The notes under the pieces are model-generated. The model was given only the letters and a program-made list of their open reading frames with translations. It was not told the DNA's origin and made no database searches. Shown here one piece after another: positions 61,840 through 64,000 of a stretch of DNA of 64,000 nt. Position 1 is the stretch's first letter. Every line of letters starts with the position of its first letter. Origin of the DNA: Macrostomum lignano (lineage: Eukaryota); the NCBI GenBank assembly GCA_002269645.1, contig NIVC01001970.1:13329-77328 (forward strand), read 5' to 3'. Made by a program: the position numbers and the translations under genes.

Positions 61840-62551
61840 TGTTGTGTCACTACACGTGATCGAAACAGCCCCCTAAGAACGCTCTGCAGTGATCGAGCCT
61901 GGAGATGGCGTCAGCCCACTGACCGGACTGACTCCGTAACTGAGCGTGGGGTCGCGTCGAGGTAGGGTAGTCAGTCCGTCCCTGAGGTGTACAGTACCCA
62001 CTTCGCACGAAGCCCAAATGAGTAATGAATGCAGGCGCAGGTCTTAATTTGATTTCCAATCTGCTCGACGATGGGCAAGGCAGCGAATTCGTCAATTTGT
62101 AGAACTGAGATTCTTGCTGTTGAAGTTTGTAGGTTCTGAAGAGTAGTCTAGTGTCAGGCGTCAACAAGCGCGCTCGCCCTGCCCACCGCCAGCAATTCTC
62201 TATTTATTTGGACTGCCTGGCGTAAGCCCTAGGGTCTCACGCCAGACAGCATTATCAAAACCCAACTTATTGGCCAATCACCAATTGACAAGGGCTAACA
62301 AAAGGGGGAGAGAGGGCCCAGACCAGCCAATCCGGCTTGGGTACGCATAAAGAAAAGGGGCAGAGCATAAGAGCTGATACACAACTGGGGAGGGGGGGGG
62401 TTAGCGCAGGCAGAAATGGGGGGGGGCTGACACAAACAGAATGGGGGGGGTGGCGCAGGCACGCGGCCAGGAGGGGTGGGAGTGCAGTGCCGGGCGCACT
62501 TGACCGAGAGCCAGAGATTGCTCATCGGTGCAAGCGCACCCGGGCACAACA
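61840..62551 (-). mobile_element. 3' LTR (712 bp) of a Gypsy/Ty3 retrotransposon
   Basis: Terminal inverted repeats TGTTGTG (61840-61846) and CACAACA (62545-62551). Preceded on the minus strand by polypurine tract GGAGGGGGAGGG (62563-62552); internal AATAAA (minus strand, ~62203-62208). Homology to paralog A stops exactly at 61839. Confidence 0.8.
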
Positions 62552-64000
62552 CCCTCCCCCTCCACGAAAAGAGGGTTCATACCATAGACGAAGGACTGTG
62601 CAATGACGACATGAGCATTTGTTATTGTCAGCTGGCATTTTACACACAGTTAAATATTATAAAATTCACGCGCAGCCGCAGCCAGTCGACCAGGTAGAGC
62701 CCCGTCGCTTCGCTCCTCAGCAAGCCAGGCCGCGCCGCCTTCCGGACATCAGTCGGCTTGCCTGGGTTTCCCGCGAATGGCGCTGACGAAGCGACTAGCA
62801 GCCGGTCGGAAGGTATCGCTGCGACGCGTTGGGCATGCCATCGGCTGTTGACGACCGGGCGGTGACTTCAAATTTCAGTCTTGGCAACGACGCTAGGTAC
62901 AGGCTGAGAGTGTCTTTGGGCCAGTCGGAAGATTCGACAACTAGAATGCGACAGTTTGCAAAGTCCGACGCCACTAGCAACCGTAAGAACTGGTGCCAGG
63001 CCGAGCCACCGGGTTCGACTGGACTACGTCTACGCTCTCGCAAACGAACCAGGAGGGGTAGATCCCGTTTCTTGGCTAGCCGAACCTGTAGCTCCAGGGC
63101 TGCCATTTTTTGCTCCACACTGATTGCAGTATTCTGGACGTCCAACTCGGCTTCCCGACAGCCACTACCCTTGCCCATCCTTGCCAAAATACAATTACAA
63201 CTGCATGAAAATACGAACCCGTACTGTACTCAGCAACTTGGAGGCGCGATGAGAAGGGTGAGAATTAAACATTCCAGAGCGATTGATAAACAGATTGGTA
63301 CAGATTAATAGAGGATTGGGTCTCCGAATCGACGTGGTGCAACTCCTCGATTCGCACGAACAGAACGACGATTCAATTCTTGCTCGGGAGAGCGGCTACA
63401 AGAGGCTGATGGTGTGTGACGCGCTGTGCCCAAATGGGCTCTGGTTCCAATTCAGCGTCACTGTTCTGCTCAGAGTCAAAATACCGGCATCGGGGGATCA
63501 GGAGCTTCCGGGCGGGAATATCGCTCACGTGACCTGATTCCCGCGCTGCTTGAGTCCTCCTCTGGGCAGGGACGTGGAACTAGAGCTGGCATCGATTTTC
63601 CTTAGGTTGTTGAAATGGACTACTCTAGGCCTTCGCGCACCATCGTGCAGGATTCTGTAATTGACATCGGAAAATTTTTTCAGGACTTTGGCCGGGCCTT
63701 TCCAATAGCGGTGGAATTCGGGATTTCATTCGGTTTAATGACGGGATCGTATTCTAGAACAAGATCACTTCATTGATCTGAGCTCCACGAGCTTGGGCTG
63801 TCATAAGCTTCTTTTGCTTCCTCTGATAGGTTCTGAGATTCCCCTCACGGCCTCGTGTGCTTGCTGAAGGTCTTCAGCCAGTCGACGAGTGAACTTGGAG
63901 AAACTCTCTGGCACCCTCTCAGTCGGATTCTCAATGTCGATCGGGAGCTGCATCTCCCTACCAACAGAATGTAGTGCGGAGTGTAGCCTGTGCCTCTATG
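62552..64000 (-). mobile_element. Gypsy/Ty3 internal region: frameshifted integrase C-terminus, 3' spacer and PPT
   Basis: HRGTGYTPHY..GREMQLPID, ...LQQAHEAVR.NL..YQRKQK..YD, GPY/F-type RYWKGPAKVLKKFSDVNYRI...VVHFNNL and RRSVRANRGVAPRRFGD; several 1-nt frameshifts; continues past the window. Confidence 0.8.

Overview
Eukaryotic (metazoan) genomic DNA with spliceosomal introns and many minisatellites. The style suggests a free-living flatworm such as Macrostomum, but this is only an inference. The window holds two head-to-tail, minus-strand paralogs, offset ~42.1 kb, of a multi-exon gene. Each encodes a plakin-type N-terminus followed by one giant exon of Cys/Met/Glu/Val-rich 46- and 57-aa repeats arranged in higher-order arrays. 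The plakin part (spectrin repeats plus the plakin SH3 insert, ~501 aa from 8 small exons) can be fully reconstructed in paralog A. Paralog A runs from ATG 24249 off the left edge, with a giant exon of >=15.3 kb. Paralog B shows four small exons and a complete ~28.8-kb terminal exon (57408->28643, ~9,600 codons) ending in a 23-aa Ser/Thr/Arg repeat tail. Its apparent frameshifts look like consensus errors in the repeat array. Comparing the paralogs gives filled and empty sites for mobile elements. In A, an RTE LINE with a 9-bp TSD has an RNase H-bearing LINE nested in its (TTG/CAA)n tail. In B, a Gypsy LTR element is inserted just downstream of the expected SH3 exon. The intergenic spacer holds a tRNA/CORE-like SINE and a mariner relic. 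Both paralogs keep an intronic array of ATGACTCAT (AP-1-type) sites upstream of an antisense TATA box.
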